Positions 1 through 10,081 of a stretch of 64,000 nt of DNA are shown piece after piece. Both the position numbers and the translations under genes were made by a program. Positions within the stretch are counted from its first letter, which is position 1; every line of letters begins with the position of its first letter. The notes beneath the pieces were generated by a model that worked only from the letters and a program-made list of their open reading frames with translations, was not told where the DNA came from and made no database searches. The DNA comes from Schizosaccharomyces osmophilus (Eukaryota): positions 620,001-684,000 of the forward strand of contig NC_079240.1 in NCBI RefSeq assembly GCF_027921745.1, read 5' to 3'.

Positions 1-1
1 C

Positions 2-2305
2 CCGTCCTTGCTGGCTGAACATCGCTTGATAACCGGCGTGCTGATTGTTAGCAAGAAAAACCGATCTGATGCTTTTGTCCATGTGAACGGTTTAGATGCA
101 GAAGTTTTCATTTGTGGCTCCAAGGATAGAAATCGTGCTCTGGAAGGAGATGTTGTTGCCGTCGAACTCCTCGATGTTGAAGAGGTATGGGCCGGCAAAC
201 TTGAAAAAGAAGAAAATCGGCGTCGTAAGGATCCTATTTCCTCTAGGGGTTCTTTAGACAACCTAGGAACTGATTCCGTCCTATTTGAAGTCCCTCAGCG
301 ATCAGTAATTAAGGCTCGTGATGACGAGCAAGTAGAAGGCCAAACATTATTTCTGCTTGACCAAAAGCAGCTGAGTACTGAAGAAAAGCCCAGGTATGCT
401 GGCCATGTCGTTGCAGTCTTGCAGCGGGCTCCGGGACAGGTGTTTTCTGGATCTTTGGGCATTTTGCGACCCAGCAGTGCTGCGAACAAAGAAAGACAAG
501 GTTCTACTAATGCAAGTCAAGGTCCCACAACAGTTTCTGGAGAGAAACCCAAGATTGTCTGGTTCAAGCCTTCGGATAAGCGTGTTCCTTTAATTGCTAT
601 ACCAACTGAACAAGCACCTTCAGACTTTTTAGAAAATGACCAAAAGTATTCCGATAGCCTCTTTTTAGCTTCTATAAAGCGTTGGCCTGTAACTTCCCTG
701 CATCCTTTTGGAATGCTCGTAGGTGAGCTTGGTCCAATGAATTATATCGAATCACAAGTGGCTGCGCTCCTTCATGATACAGGTGCTCACACTGAGCCTT
801 GGGAGGGTTCTGCCGCCGCTTCAGCGTCTTCTTCTTTAGATGCATTATCGAATGACTTTTTAAACAATACGAATCGAAGTGATTATCGCTCGGAAGATGT
901 CTTTTTGTTCACTGGTCATAAGCGTCATGACAACCCCGTTTACTCGGATAACAACGTTGATGATTTTTCGAATCCCTTTGTTTCTTCTGCTTTTCATATT
1001 CGCCCAACTGGCAATGGCTATCACGTCGGTATTCACATCACAGATGTTTCACGCGTAATTGAACCAGGATCGCCGCTTGACCGTGAATTGCAGCGTCGTG
1101 GTAATACAGTAAGTTTATGTCAACGAACTGTTCCCTTATTTCCACCTGCCTTGGGAGATGCCCTCACGTTAAAAGAAGGTAAAGATTGCTACACAATTTC
1201 GTTATTGTTAGACGTCTCTTCTTCCGGAAAGATCCGGGGCACTTGGGTGGGCTGGGCAGTTATCCATCCTCGAAAGACTTACTCTATGGAAAAGGCGAAT
1301 GAACTTTTGGAAACTGATCCTCGCTTGAAGTTGTTTAATGCTGTTAGTTCTCGTATTCGAGTTCATCATCTCGGCACTGATATTCCTTTGGATCGGTATT
1401 GCAAATTGTTCCGACGATGGGACGAAGAAAGTACCAGCTTTGATCCCAAGCAGACGAATCTTTTTGCGTCATCACCGGTAGAGGTTTTGCGTGAAACTCT
1501 TCTAGATGCCGCTAATCGAGCTGTGGCTGCCCACTTACGAAGAGAATTCCGCGACAACGCATTTTTGAGAGTACAAAAAATGCCAAGCCGTGAAAATTGT
1601 CGAATGTTGCAGAGTATGGCTGTTCAAATGGGTTGTGTATTAGATCTTTCAAGTCCGAAATCATTGCTGCGATCATTATGCTTGATTGATGATGATACAA
1701 TTCGTAACATACTCCAACTTTGCTACTATAAGATCACACCTCGAGCAGTGTACGAAATGCCTAAGTACCGCCCCAATATAACTATGAACATGCTGAATAT
1801 GACATTGGATGATGAGACAGATGATTTGACTCATTTCACTGAACCACTTGATAGATATGCTGATTTAGTTGTACATTATCAGCTGCAATTACTATTACAA
1901 GGAGAAAATGCGTCAGAAAAGCGTCTACGTGTTTGGTCTCAAGCAGCAAATGATATCAGTCGTCGACTTGTGATAAGCAAATTCGCACAAGAAACTAGTG
2001 TGCATGTCAAGATATTCAGTGAATGGATAGAGAAGCATCAACCTTGGCAGGATGGTGTTGTGTGCTTCATTGCTCCTTCATACTTCGATGTATTTTTCCC
2101 TGGTCTGGGGATGGAGAAGCGTGTTCATTTGGATCTATTAAACTTAATTCACGTTCGTTATGAAGAGGACCAGGGTGTACTATCGTTGTATAGTGAAGAT
2201 GGAGCGGTGAAGGTTGTAAAATTGCTATGTCCCGTTCGGGTGAAGTTATTTACTCAACTTTCAACTCCTCCTTTGATAAATGTCTCTAAAGCGGAATTCA
2301 ATTAG
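2..2305 (+). CDS. sts5: Sts5/Ssd1-family RNB (RNase II-like) RNA-binding pseudonuclease, 5' end outside the window
   Basis: Frame open from the window edge to TAG 2303-2305. CSD motifs (GSKDRNRALEGDVVAVEL, KIVWFKPSDKRVPLIAIP, WPVTSLHPFG) and RNB motif THFTEPLDRYADLVVH. Confidence 0.93.
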   Translation, partial: PSLLAEHRLITGVLIVSKKNRSDAFVHVNGLDAEVFICGSKDRNRALEGDVVAVELLDVEEVWAGKLEKEENRRRKDPISSRGSLDNLGTDSVLFEVPQRSVIKARDDEQVEGQTLFLLDQKQLSTEEKPRYAGHVVAVLQRAPGQVFSGSLGILRPSSAANKERQGSTNASQGPTTVSGEKPKIVWFKPSDKRVPLIAIPTEQAPSDFLENDQKYSDSLFLASIKRWPVTSLHPFGMLVGELGPMNYIESQVAALLHDTGAHTEPWEGSAAASASSSLDALSNDFLNNTNRSDYRSEDVFLFTGHKRHDNPVYSDNNVDDFSNPFVSSAFHIRPTGNGYHVGIHITDVSRVIEPGSPLDRELQRRGNTVSLCQRTVPLFPPALGDALTLKEGKDCYTISLLLDVSSSGKIRGTWVGWAVIHPRKTYSMEKANELLETDPRLKLFNAVSSRIRVHHLGTDIPLDRYCKLFRRWDEESTSFDPKQTNLFASSPVEVLRETLLDAANRAVAAHLRREFRDNAFLRVQKMPSRENCRMLQSMAVQMGCVLDLSSPKSLLRSLCLIDDDTIRNILQLCYYKITPRAVYEMPKYRPNITMNMLNMTLDDETDDLTHFTEPLDRYADLVVHYQLQLLLQGENASEKRLRVWSQAANDISRRLVISKFAQETSVHVKIFSEWIEKHQPWQDGVVCFIAPSYFDVFFPGLGMEKRVHLDLLNLIHVRYEEDQGVLSLYSEDGAVKVVKLLCPVRVKLFTQLSTPPLINVSKAEFN

Positions 2306-3173
2306 TTTGATTTTTAAGGTAAATCACCTAAGTCTAAAAAGATACATCACAGTCTTAATTCCGAAGTTTGTTGGTTAGAAGTTTACCATATAAAAATGCG
2401 GATGGGGTTTGATTCCGTTTGCATGCGTACTGACATTCACCAACACAACTTGCGTGTGTCTAATAAATTATACTGCACTAATTTTGTATTGCCAATTATA
2501 ATGATAATGATTACTGAAAAACGCATTTATGTATATAAATTTTTATTTGGGTGTGAGAGTGCTTGCACATTCATTTATTCTGCTATATTGCAACCTTATG
2601 CTGTATGACTTTCTACACGATATGAGTAAGAGAGCTTTTTCACCAAAGATCGGCCAAAGGAAGCTGAATCTCGAAGACTCTGCGCTGTAATAAAGTCATA
2701 AGATACATTTGTAAATTGCAAACCATATCTATGTTTTCAAGCATATAAGCCTTTTAAATAGTATCAGAGAAACTCAAATGTTCTACACTAGTGTGGTATT
2801 TAAGCTTGCGGGATCTGGCTCAAAACTTAGTTGGCATTAAGGTCTATAGCATAGTAAAAACAAAAACAATTAAATGAACATGAATTATGATCTTTTACTT
2901 AACGTTACACATACAATTCCTTTCTTCCCTACCGGTCCTTTTTAAGTAGGTATGTTACTTGGGGTTACGAAACGAAGAAATACGCGTAGCACGAAAATCA
3001 TTATTCTTCTTTTGCAAACCAACTGTAAAAACAACAGTCCTCATTAGAAGCACTCAAAAGAATGTTATTTGGGATTTAAGTTGGTTTTAAAGCACTGTAT
3101 TTGATCGACTATTTTTCGTAGTTCCTTTATCCAACATCATTCTTCAAGTTTTAGTTCTTGCTAGTGTTATACA

Positions 3174-3485
3174 ATGGAGAAGCCTCTTGGAAAAACTGTG
3201 CTGCCGCTAAGCAGGGTCAAAAAGATTATAAAACAAGACGAGGATATCCATTCCTGTTCCAACGCTTCTGCTCTTTTGGTGTCTGTTGCAACTGTACGTA
3301 CTATTAATTATTTGTGACAAGCTAATCGTATTCATATGTAGGAGATGTTTATTCAAAAACTTGCAGACCAATCATTTCAATTGGCTAAATTACAAAAAAG
3401 AAAAGGTATTCAGTATCGTGACGTTGCTGATGTTGTTCGCAAAGACGATCAATTCGAGTTTTTGTCTGATTTATTCTCTCTTTAG
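3174..3485 (+). CDS. dpb3: Histone-fold DNA polymerase epsilon subunit Dpb3-like, 87 aa; exons 3174-3293, 3342-3485
   Basis: Spliced product MEKPLGKTVLPLSRVKKIIKQDEDIHSCSNASALLVSVAT/EMFIQKLADQSF...IQYRDVADVVRKDDQFEFLSDLFSL. Intron GTACGT..GCTAAT..TAG 3294-3341. LPLSRVKKI and FEFL.D motifs of the NF-YC/Dpb3 family. Absent from the ORF track. Confidence 0.88.
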
Positions 3486-3854
3486 CTAGTTATGGAATTT
3501 ATTATGTGGTAAGTTATGAAATGAAAAGATGACAAACATGTCTCATCGCCGGCAAACATAAGTTTAAAAAAACAGTATTGCGTTTTCTAAAAAGTGCAAG
3601 TTCCAAAGGTTTGGCGCGTAGAAGCAACAAGACCATGTTTTTGTTAAACTTTCAGTTTATTTTCAAAATACTTGAAATAATGGTCTGAACCTTTAACATA
3701 GACATGACTGCGTATTATGCAAAGCATAAGAAGGGATACAGGCTTCAGAATGTTTGTCAAACAAAGAATCTCCAATTTGGGATTTGAAGAAGCATTAACT
3801 GATTCTTATTTCATGAAAAAATCGATGGTTGCAATTTGTAACATGTTAATTCTC

Positions 3855-3858
<4 letters not shown>

Positions 3859-3906
<48 letters not shown>
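3859..3906. repeat. Poly(T) homopolymer, 48 nt
   Basis: Uninterrupted run of 48 T counted in the sequence. Confidence 0.95.
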
Positions 3907-3913
<7 letters not shown>

Positions 3914-4406
3914 GCATACTATTCTCTACTGCAAGTGGTACCACCATATTGTAATTTTTAAACAAACCTTTATGGTATTTTACAAATCTCAATATCCTTT
4001 CTACCTCTGGGGGTTCAGCTTTTCAAACATCAAACTCTCAAGCGCAACAAAGGTACCCTAGAGCTTGTCATAATTTCTCAATTCTTTTCTCTACAGTTCT
4101 ACTATCGATACATTTGAGTGAACTCTTCCATAGTGTTCTAGGTGGAAGGAGCTAAGAAGACAAGCTGGCACCTTCTTGAGTAAGAATACCATGTTTCTGA
4201 TCGGATAGAGTTTCGCAACCATTCAAAGATTTGCTACCCAAAGACAAAAGATTAAACTTTTTTTTTTTACAACAATCATCAGATATAAATTTCTCACTGT
4301 ATCCTGTTTACAGCGAGAAATTACATCATACCTTACTGAGTATCCCAACTTATAAAATGGACAGGTGATCAGGTTCTGTACACAGCAAACTTTTTCAGCA
4401 GTCGTT

Positions 4407-5375
4407 ATGTCAGTTTACTCGTTTTCTGAAGGCAGCTCCGTTGCCAAAGCTCTTGGACAATATGTCAAAAGTAAATATGATACTGCCATGGCAAAGCACG
4501 GAAGATTCACTTTGGCTTTGAGCGGTGGTAGTTTACCCAAGGTCCTTGCTGAAGGATTATCACAACAGAAAGACAATATTGATTTTTCCAAATGGTAAGC
4601 TATTGAAAAAAAAACTTCTTTTCTTCCTGTTGAACGAAAAAAAAGAGATCTTAATACGGTCTTAATACGGTTCACGGTGTGAACATGCATTCGTTTTTCT
4701 TTCTTCCTAAAGAACAATTATTGAAACTTTAGAAGAAATGCTCTCATTCTGCAAAGTTTGTACGGTTTACTAACAAGCAACAGGGAAATTTTCTTCGCTG
4801 ATGAACGTATTGTTCCATTGGAAGATGAAAATTCAAACTATGCACTTTGCAAAGAAGTTTTGTTTGATGTGCTACCTGGCTTTGTACCTGAACAAATACA
4901 TACCATTGATACTAAATTCTTGAAACAGAATCCCTTGGATTCCCAGGCTGTTGCTGATGAATATGAAAAGCAATTGGTTCACGTCTTTGCAAATGCCTCT
5001 ACTGTGAAGGTACCCGTGTTTGACTTAATGTTGTTAGGTTGTGGTCCTGATGGTCATACTTGCTCTTTATTTCCTGACCACGAGCTTTTGGACGAAGACG
5101 TTGCCTGGGTCGCTCCAATTACTGACTCTCCCAAACCTCCAAAGGAACGTATTACTTTGACCATTCCTGTCGTTACCCATGCTTTATCTGTTGCTTTTGT
5201 AACCACCGGCGCTGCCAAGCAGGACATATTGCCTGTTGTTATTGAAGATACTACATCCAAATTGCCTTCTGCTTTGATTTCTCGTGCTCATCCTGATCGA
5301 ATTAGCTGGTTTTTGGATGACGATGCTTCTGCTAAACTCGACAAATCCGTTTTACGTGTTTTTCCCTTTCAATAA
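4407..5375 (+). CDS. 6-phosphogluconolactonase (Sol/DevB family), ~259 aa; exons 4407-4594, 4784-5375
   Basis: ALSGGSLP, FFADERIVP, LLGCGPDGHTCSLFP and DSPKPPKERIT motifs. Intron GTAAGC..TACTAAC..CAG 4595-4783 restores W-EIFFADER. Confidence 0.93.
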
Positions 5376-5958
5376 ATGTTTATGAGTGATATGATCAAAA
5401 TAAACCTCTTATTTTGATCTTAAAGAATGTATAATTGCCTTTGTTAGTTTTACGATTTTGTTAGATAACCAAGTCTTTCCGGAGTCTGTTTTAAATAGTA
5501 TATTTGGTAGTTTACGGATTTGAATAAAGATTTAGGGCCAATTTCTGTTTATATTTTCCATACGACTGTCTATAAAACTTTTTACATCTTCATTGGAATT
5601 TGTACCCTTGTTGCATGTCGAAAACCGTGTGGGCATATATGTATCATTCTTCATCGCTTTTTCTTGTTGATGTGTGTACCTTATGTAGTATAACACTTTG
5701 ATTATTTTTACTACCTAACTCTATATCATTATGAATGCTCTGCACACATACAGAATAGATTTATCATATGCCCTAAATTATGTTCGAAAAAGGAGAATAA
5801 AAAATCATCAAACAAAATAAAAGAAATGCTTCTAAAATATCTGGCTTTCTTTAGACTTTTGTGGTCCTTTTGTTCATGATGTTTCAGCCTTGTTCGGTCA
5901 ATGTTCTTTTTTGTACCTTGACTAAACCAAAGCAAAGAATTTTGCTATGTCCTCCGCC

Positions 5959-6880
5959 ATGAACTATCAAAGACTGGAAAAATTAGGTAAGAATGAAAGA
6001 AACCTTCTTAATTTTGTTACAGAAAAAAGCTGACAGGACAGGCGAGGGAACGTATGCAAACGTTTATCGAGCACAAAACCGCACGACGGGCGAAGTCGTT
6101 GCTCTTAAAATCATCCGAATTGACCCGGAAGAAGGAACACCTAGCACGGCGATTCGAGAGATTAGCCTTATGAAGGAGCTTCGACATCCGAACATCATGT
6201 CGCTGATTGACGTTTTACATACGGATAATAAGCTAATGCTTGTCTTTGAGTATATGGAAAAGGATTTAAAAAAGTATATGGATGCTTATGGAAATCAGGG
6301 AGCTTTAAGCCCAGTTGAGGTAAAGAATTTCACTAGGCAATTGCTAAGTGGAATTGCATTCTGCCATGAAAATCGTGTACTACACCGAGACTTGAAGCCT
6401 CAAAACCTTCTCATCAATAACAGAGGTGAATTAAAATTAGCAGATTTTGGGCTCGCTAGATCTATCGGTATTCCTGTAAACACTTTCTCAAACGAAGTCG
6501 TTACACTTTGGTATCGTGCCCCTGATGTCTTGTTGGGTTCGAAAGCTTACAATACTTCCATTGATATTTGGTCAGTTGGTTGCATCATGGCTGAAATGGC
6601 AACTGGACGTCCTTTGTTTGCTGGCTCTAATAATGAAGATCAATTGCTTAAAATCTTTCGTCTCCTAGGAACACCTACTGAGCAGACATGGCCTGGCATA
6701 TCCCTTCTCCAAGACTATAAAACTACATACCCTCTGTATAAAAGCCAAGATTTGAATCACTTGATACCCCATTTTGACCCTCTTGGTTTAGATCTTCTCA
6801 GAAGAATGCTTCGCCTTCAGCCAGAACTTCGTATCACTGGTCAAGATGCCTTACAGCATGCCTGGTTCTTAACTCCTTAA
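5959..6880 (+). CDS. pef1: Pho85/Cdk5-like cyclin-dependent kinase Pef1, 288 aa; exons 5959-5986, 6042-6880 (in-frame ATG at 5947 could add MSSA)
   Basis: [49 protein letters not shown]. Intron GTAAGA..CTGAC..CAG 5987-6041. Confidence 0.93.
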
Positions 6881-8009
6881 ACTATGTCAACATTTTCTTT
6901 GCATTTGAAAGTGTTCATTCTAGTCCCTTCTTGGTTTCTGTTTTCTTTTCATGATATCCTTAACGGTCGATTTGCATAGTAGTATTCACTCACGTGTACG
7001 CGACAGTTTATCTGACTACGAGAATACGATATTTCTTTTCCATTAATTATTTTGTGAATGGTTGATGTTTACACACATACATCACGACAGGGTGTCTCTT
7101 CATTCCCCGTTGTTTAGTTTTCCTACCTTTTTTTTTCTGTTAGTACGTCTATCGTGCAGGCACTTGATATACTTTTAAGAAAAACTAGAAGCTTATCGTT
7201 AATTTTTGTTACGAATGCTAAATTGAAAAATTTTCACGAACCGTACTTATATGTTTCTCTATTTTTTTAAAGGGTCGCCAAAAAGTGGTACCAATGCTTA
7301 CAACTTGTTAAGATCAAATACGGGTTGGTTAGTTGCCTGATTCATTTGGTGTCTTCCATTACTTACTTTCTGTTAGCTTTTTGTTTGTCTTCTCTGGAAA
7401 TTATATGTGATGATGACTGAGTATAAGAGAGCATGAAACCTAAGACTGACATTGTTTGAAGATAAGGTTACTTTAAGTTTATATTAGAAGAGGAAAAGTT
7501 AATTCTAAGCATAGAATGGGGAAGGCTCACTAAGTTGAATCCATTCAATTATGTAGGTCTCTGATTTCGAGGTTGTTAGGTTCATATTTATTATAGGTTC
7601 TTCTTTTCCTTCTAATACGGTTCACTATCCTTTTTCGTTGTTCCTCATTCTTAATAATTAATTCATTACTAGTTCAACATCACAAGTATACAACAATAGA
7701 AGTATTTGAGGTATGGGCTTGTGTCCATCATTCGCATTTCAGGTTAAAAACGCTCCCTCCATATTATTCTTACTACTAAAGACAAGAAATAACTAAACAT
7801 AAGTCGAGTTTCTTTTTCGTTCCATAAATCTTCTTCCTGCTTTTGGCCAAGAACTACTCACAAAAAAGATAAATTTTCAAATGATTTAAATATGTGTACC
7901 TATTCCTGTCATAGGAAGCTTCTACTGTGTTGAACTCTCAAATGTTAGATTTCATTACTGACTTTTTTTGTTAACACCAACTTGCAGATTTGACTGTCGT
8001 TTCTGGAAA

Positions 8010-8608
8010 ATGGCGGATACTCGCAAATTTAAAGCTACGGATTTATTTAAATTTAACAACATTAATCTGGATCCTCTAACTGAAACTGTATGTTGACAAT
8101 GAAAGCGATATTTTCAAATTAAGTACTGACCGTGTGAAAGTTCAATATTTCGTTTTACTTGTCATATTTAAACAAATGGCCGAGCTTGTGTGTTGCTCAA
8201 GAGTCAATTGCTTCAACAAATAGCTCTTTAATGGGTTACATTATTGGAAAATCAGAAGGAAAGGGGACCGATTGGCATACGCATGTTACAGCTATCACAG
8301 TTGCACCCAGTTCTCGAAGGCTAGGATTGGCAAAGACAATGATGGACTACCTAGAAACTGTAGGGGAATCTGAAAAAGCGTACTTTGTTGACCTGTTTGT
8401 TCGAACCAGCAATGCTTTGGCAATCAATTTTTATAGAGGACTGGGTTATTCCGTATATCGCCGAGTAGTTGGGTATTATAGCAATCCTTATGGGAAAGAT
8501 GAAGATTCATTTGACATGCGAAAGCCTCTTGCTCGAGACACGAATCATCAGAGTGTTCGTGAAAACGGAGAGCATTTTAATTGTAGTCCTGCCGACGTTG
8601 TCTTCTAA
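8010..8608 (+). CDS. naa20: NatB N-terminal acetyltransferase catalytic subunit, 181 aa; exons 8010-8087, 8141-8608
   Basis: FNNINLDPLTET/FNISFYL, WHTHVTAITV, RRLGLA, FVDLFVR, EDSFDMRK. Intron GTATGT..CTGAC..AAG 8088-8140. Confidence 0.93.
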
Positions 8609-9254
8609 ATAGATCTGTTAGCAATGAAGCAATAGGGGACGCTATTATAATAAAAATAAAAATATTCTAAATTAAACTGGCTTTTCCAGAAGTTGTTATG
8701 TACCAGCTGCTTCCCATTTGTATGGCCAAATACTTGCCTATATGAATTCCAACTGACTTATATATTGCTGATTACTTTCACCCCCAATGTAATTTTTGAA
8801 AAGACAAATCTATTCTTCATTCTCGTCATTTGCTACCCTTAGCAGTCGCTTTACTTGAACAAACTTTCTAATTGCTGAACTCTTGAACTGTAAAAATAGA
8901 CAATAGTATAATCATTAACGGATATGGATATATATATCACTAATTTTATATGTTCGAAGCATGGAAGCGACAAGCTCCACGATAGAAAAGCACGCCAATT
9001 TCCACTTCTTCTTATTCTAGGTTGGGATAAAATTGACCAGAGGTATAATGAAACCAAACTGATCAGAGTGTTCCAACCATGTCCTTAGACAGGTTTAAAA
9101 AAAATAGTTTACTATAAAGCGCAGAAATAAAGGTTTGATGTAAATCAAAGTCACCCTTTAATTATGTACAAAAGTTTCACTACGAACTCTCAATACTTAC
9201 GACACCAAAAAATGGAACCTTTGTAAGAATGATATTTTGTACCAAAGTGCCAGC

Positions 9255-9752
9255 TTACTCTTGAGGGATCTCAATGTCACCACTGTCAATCTCCTTTTGA
9301 ACATCATGAGGGTTCTTACCTTCAACGGTGCAACCGACGGAGAAAGCAGTACCGAGGACCTCCTTAACAGTACCAGAAAGTTCCTTGGCAAGAGACTTGA
9401 AGCGCATAGTACGTGCAACTTCAACAATCTCGTCAATAGAAACGTTACCAGAGTGGACAACGCCCTTGTCCTTCTTCCTGTCACGAGCGGGCTCCTTCAA
9501 AGCCTTGATAACCAAAGCGGAGGCGGAAGGAACGACGGAGACGGCGGCTTGACGGTTTTGGATGGTCAACTTGACGGTAACACGAAGACCCTTCCAGTCC
9601 TTAGTAGCCTTGGCGATATCTTCACCAACCTTCTTAGGAGACAAACCCAAGGGACCAATCTTAGGAGCAAGAGTAGAACCACCGGCAACTTCACCACCGA
9701 CGGCTCTCATGATTACGGTCTTCACTTCATTGGGATCGAACTTGGGAGGCAT
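9255..9752 (-). CDS. rpl12: 60S ribosomal protein L12 (uL11), 165 aa
   Basis: [11 protein letters not shown]...[25 protein letters not shown]; strongly biased codon usage. Confidence 0.97.
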   Translation of the reverse strand: MPPKFDPNEVKTVIMRAVGGEVAGGSTLAPKIGPLGLSPKKVGEDIAKATKDWKGLRVTVKLTIQNRQAAVSVVPSASALVIKALKEPARDRKKDKGVVHSGNVSIDEIVEVARTMRFKSLAKELSGTVKEVLGTAFSVGCTVEGKNPHDVQKEIDSGDIEIPQE

Positions 9753-9817
9753 CTTGGGTTGTGGCTATGGGATCAAATTGGCCTTGTCTGAACTTTGCCA
9801 AAGGTAAAGCGAAACAA

Positions 9818-9836
9818 CAGTCACTAACCCTACCCC
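9818..9836 (-). promoter_or_regulatory. Homol E / Homol D ribosomal-protein promoter module
   Basis: Plus strand CAGTCAC-TA-ACCCTACCC(C), which reads GGGGTAGGGT-TAGTGACTG toward rpl12, ~65-85 bp upstream of its ATG. Matches fission-yeast Homol E (AGGGTAGGGT) and Homol D (TGTGACTG) with one mismatch each. Confidence 0.8.
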
Positions 9837-10081
9837 AAAGTGTTTTCATATTACTGAATATTAAACAAAATTAGACAAAAGAGGTAAACTTATAAAATGG
9901 CCCTGTTACGATACATCGTACGTAAAATGTAAAAATTACAATTTTTATTAAACGATCCTTTCATTAAACTGCCTCTTAAAATTTTGTAAAGGAAATGTAG
10001 AAATTAAACAAAATAGATAGACTATTAAACTATATTACGAAACAACCCCCAATTGAAAATGGTCACTTTGAAACTGGGATA

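Noticed and set aside
3717..4061. 114-aa ORF with a poly-Phe run
   Set aside because: The run is just the T48 tract, and there is no other coding signal.
4650..4671. 11-bp tandem duplication CTTAATACGGT x2 in the lactonase intron
   Set aside because: A single local duplication in an intron with no further structure.
7405..7565. TGATGA ... CTGA boxes between pef1 and naa20 as a possible C/D snoRNA
   Set aside because: No recognisable rRNA-complementary guide or terminal stem, and the motifs are short enough to occur by chance.
9237..9791. 184-aa plus-strand ORF and other ORFs overlapping rpl12
   Set aside because: Antisense shadow frames caused by the strong codon bias of a ribosomal protein gene; no domain.
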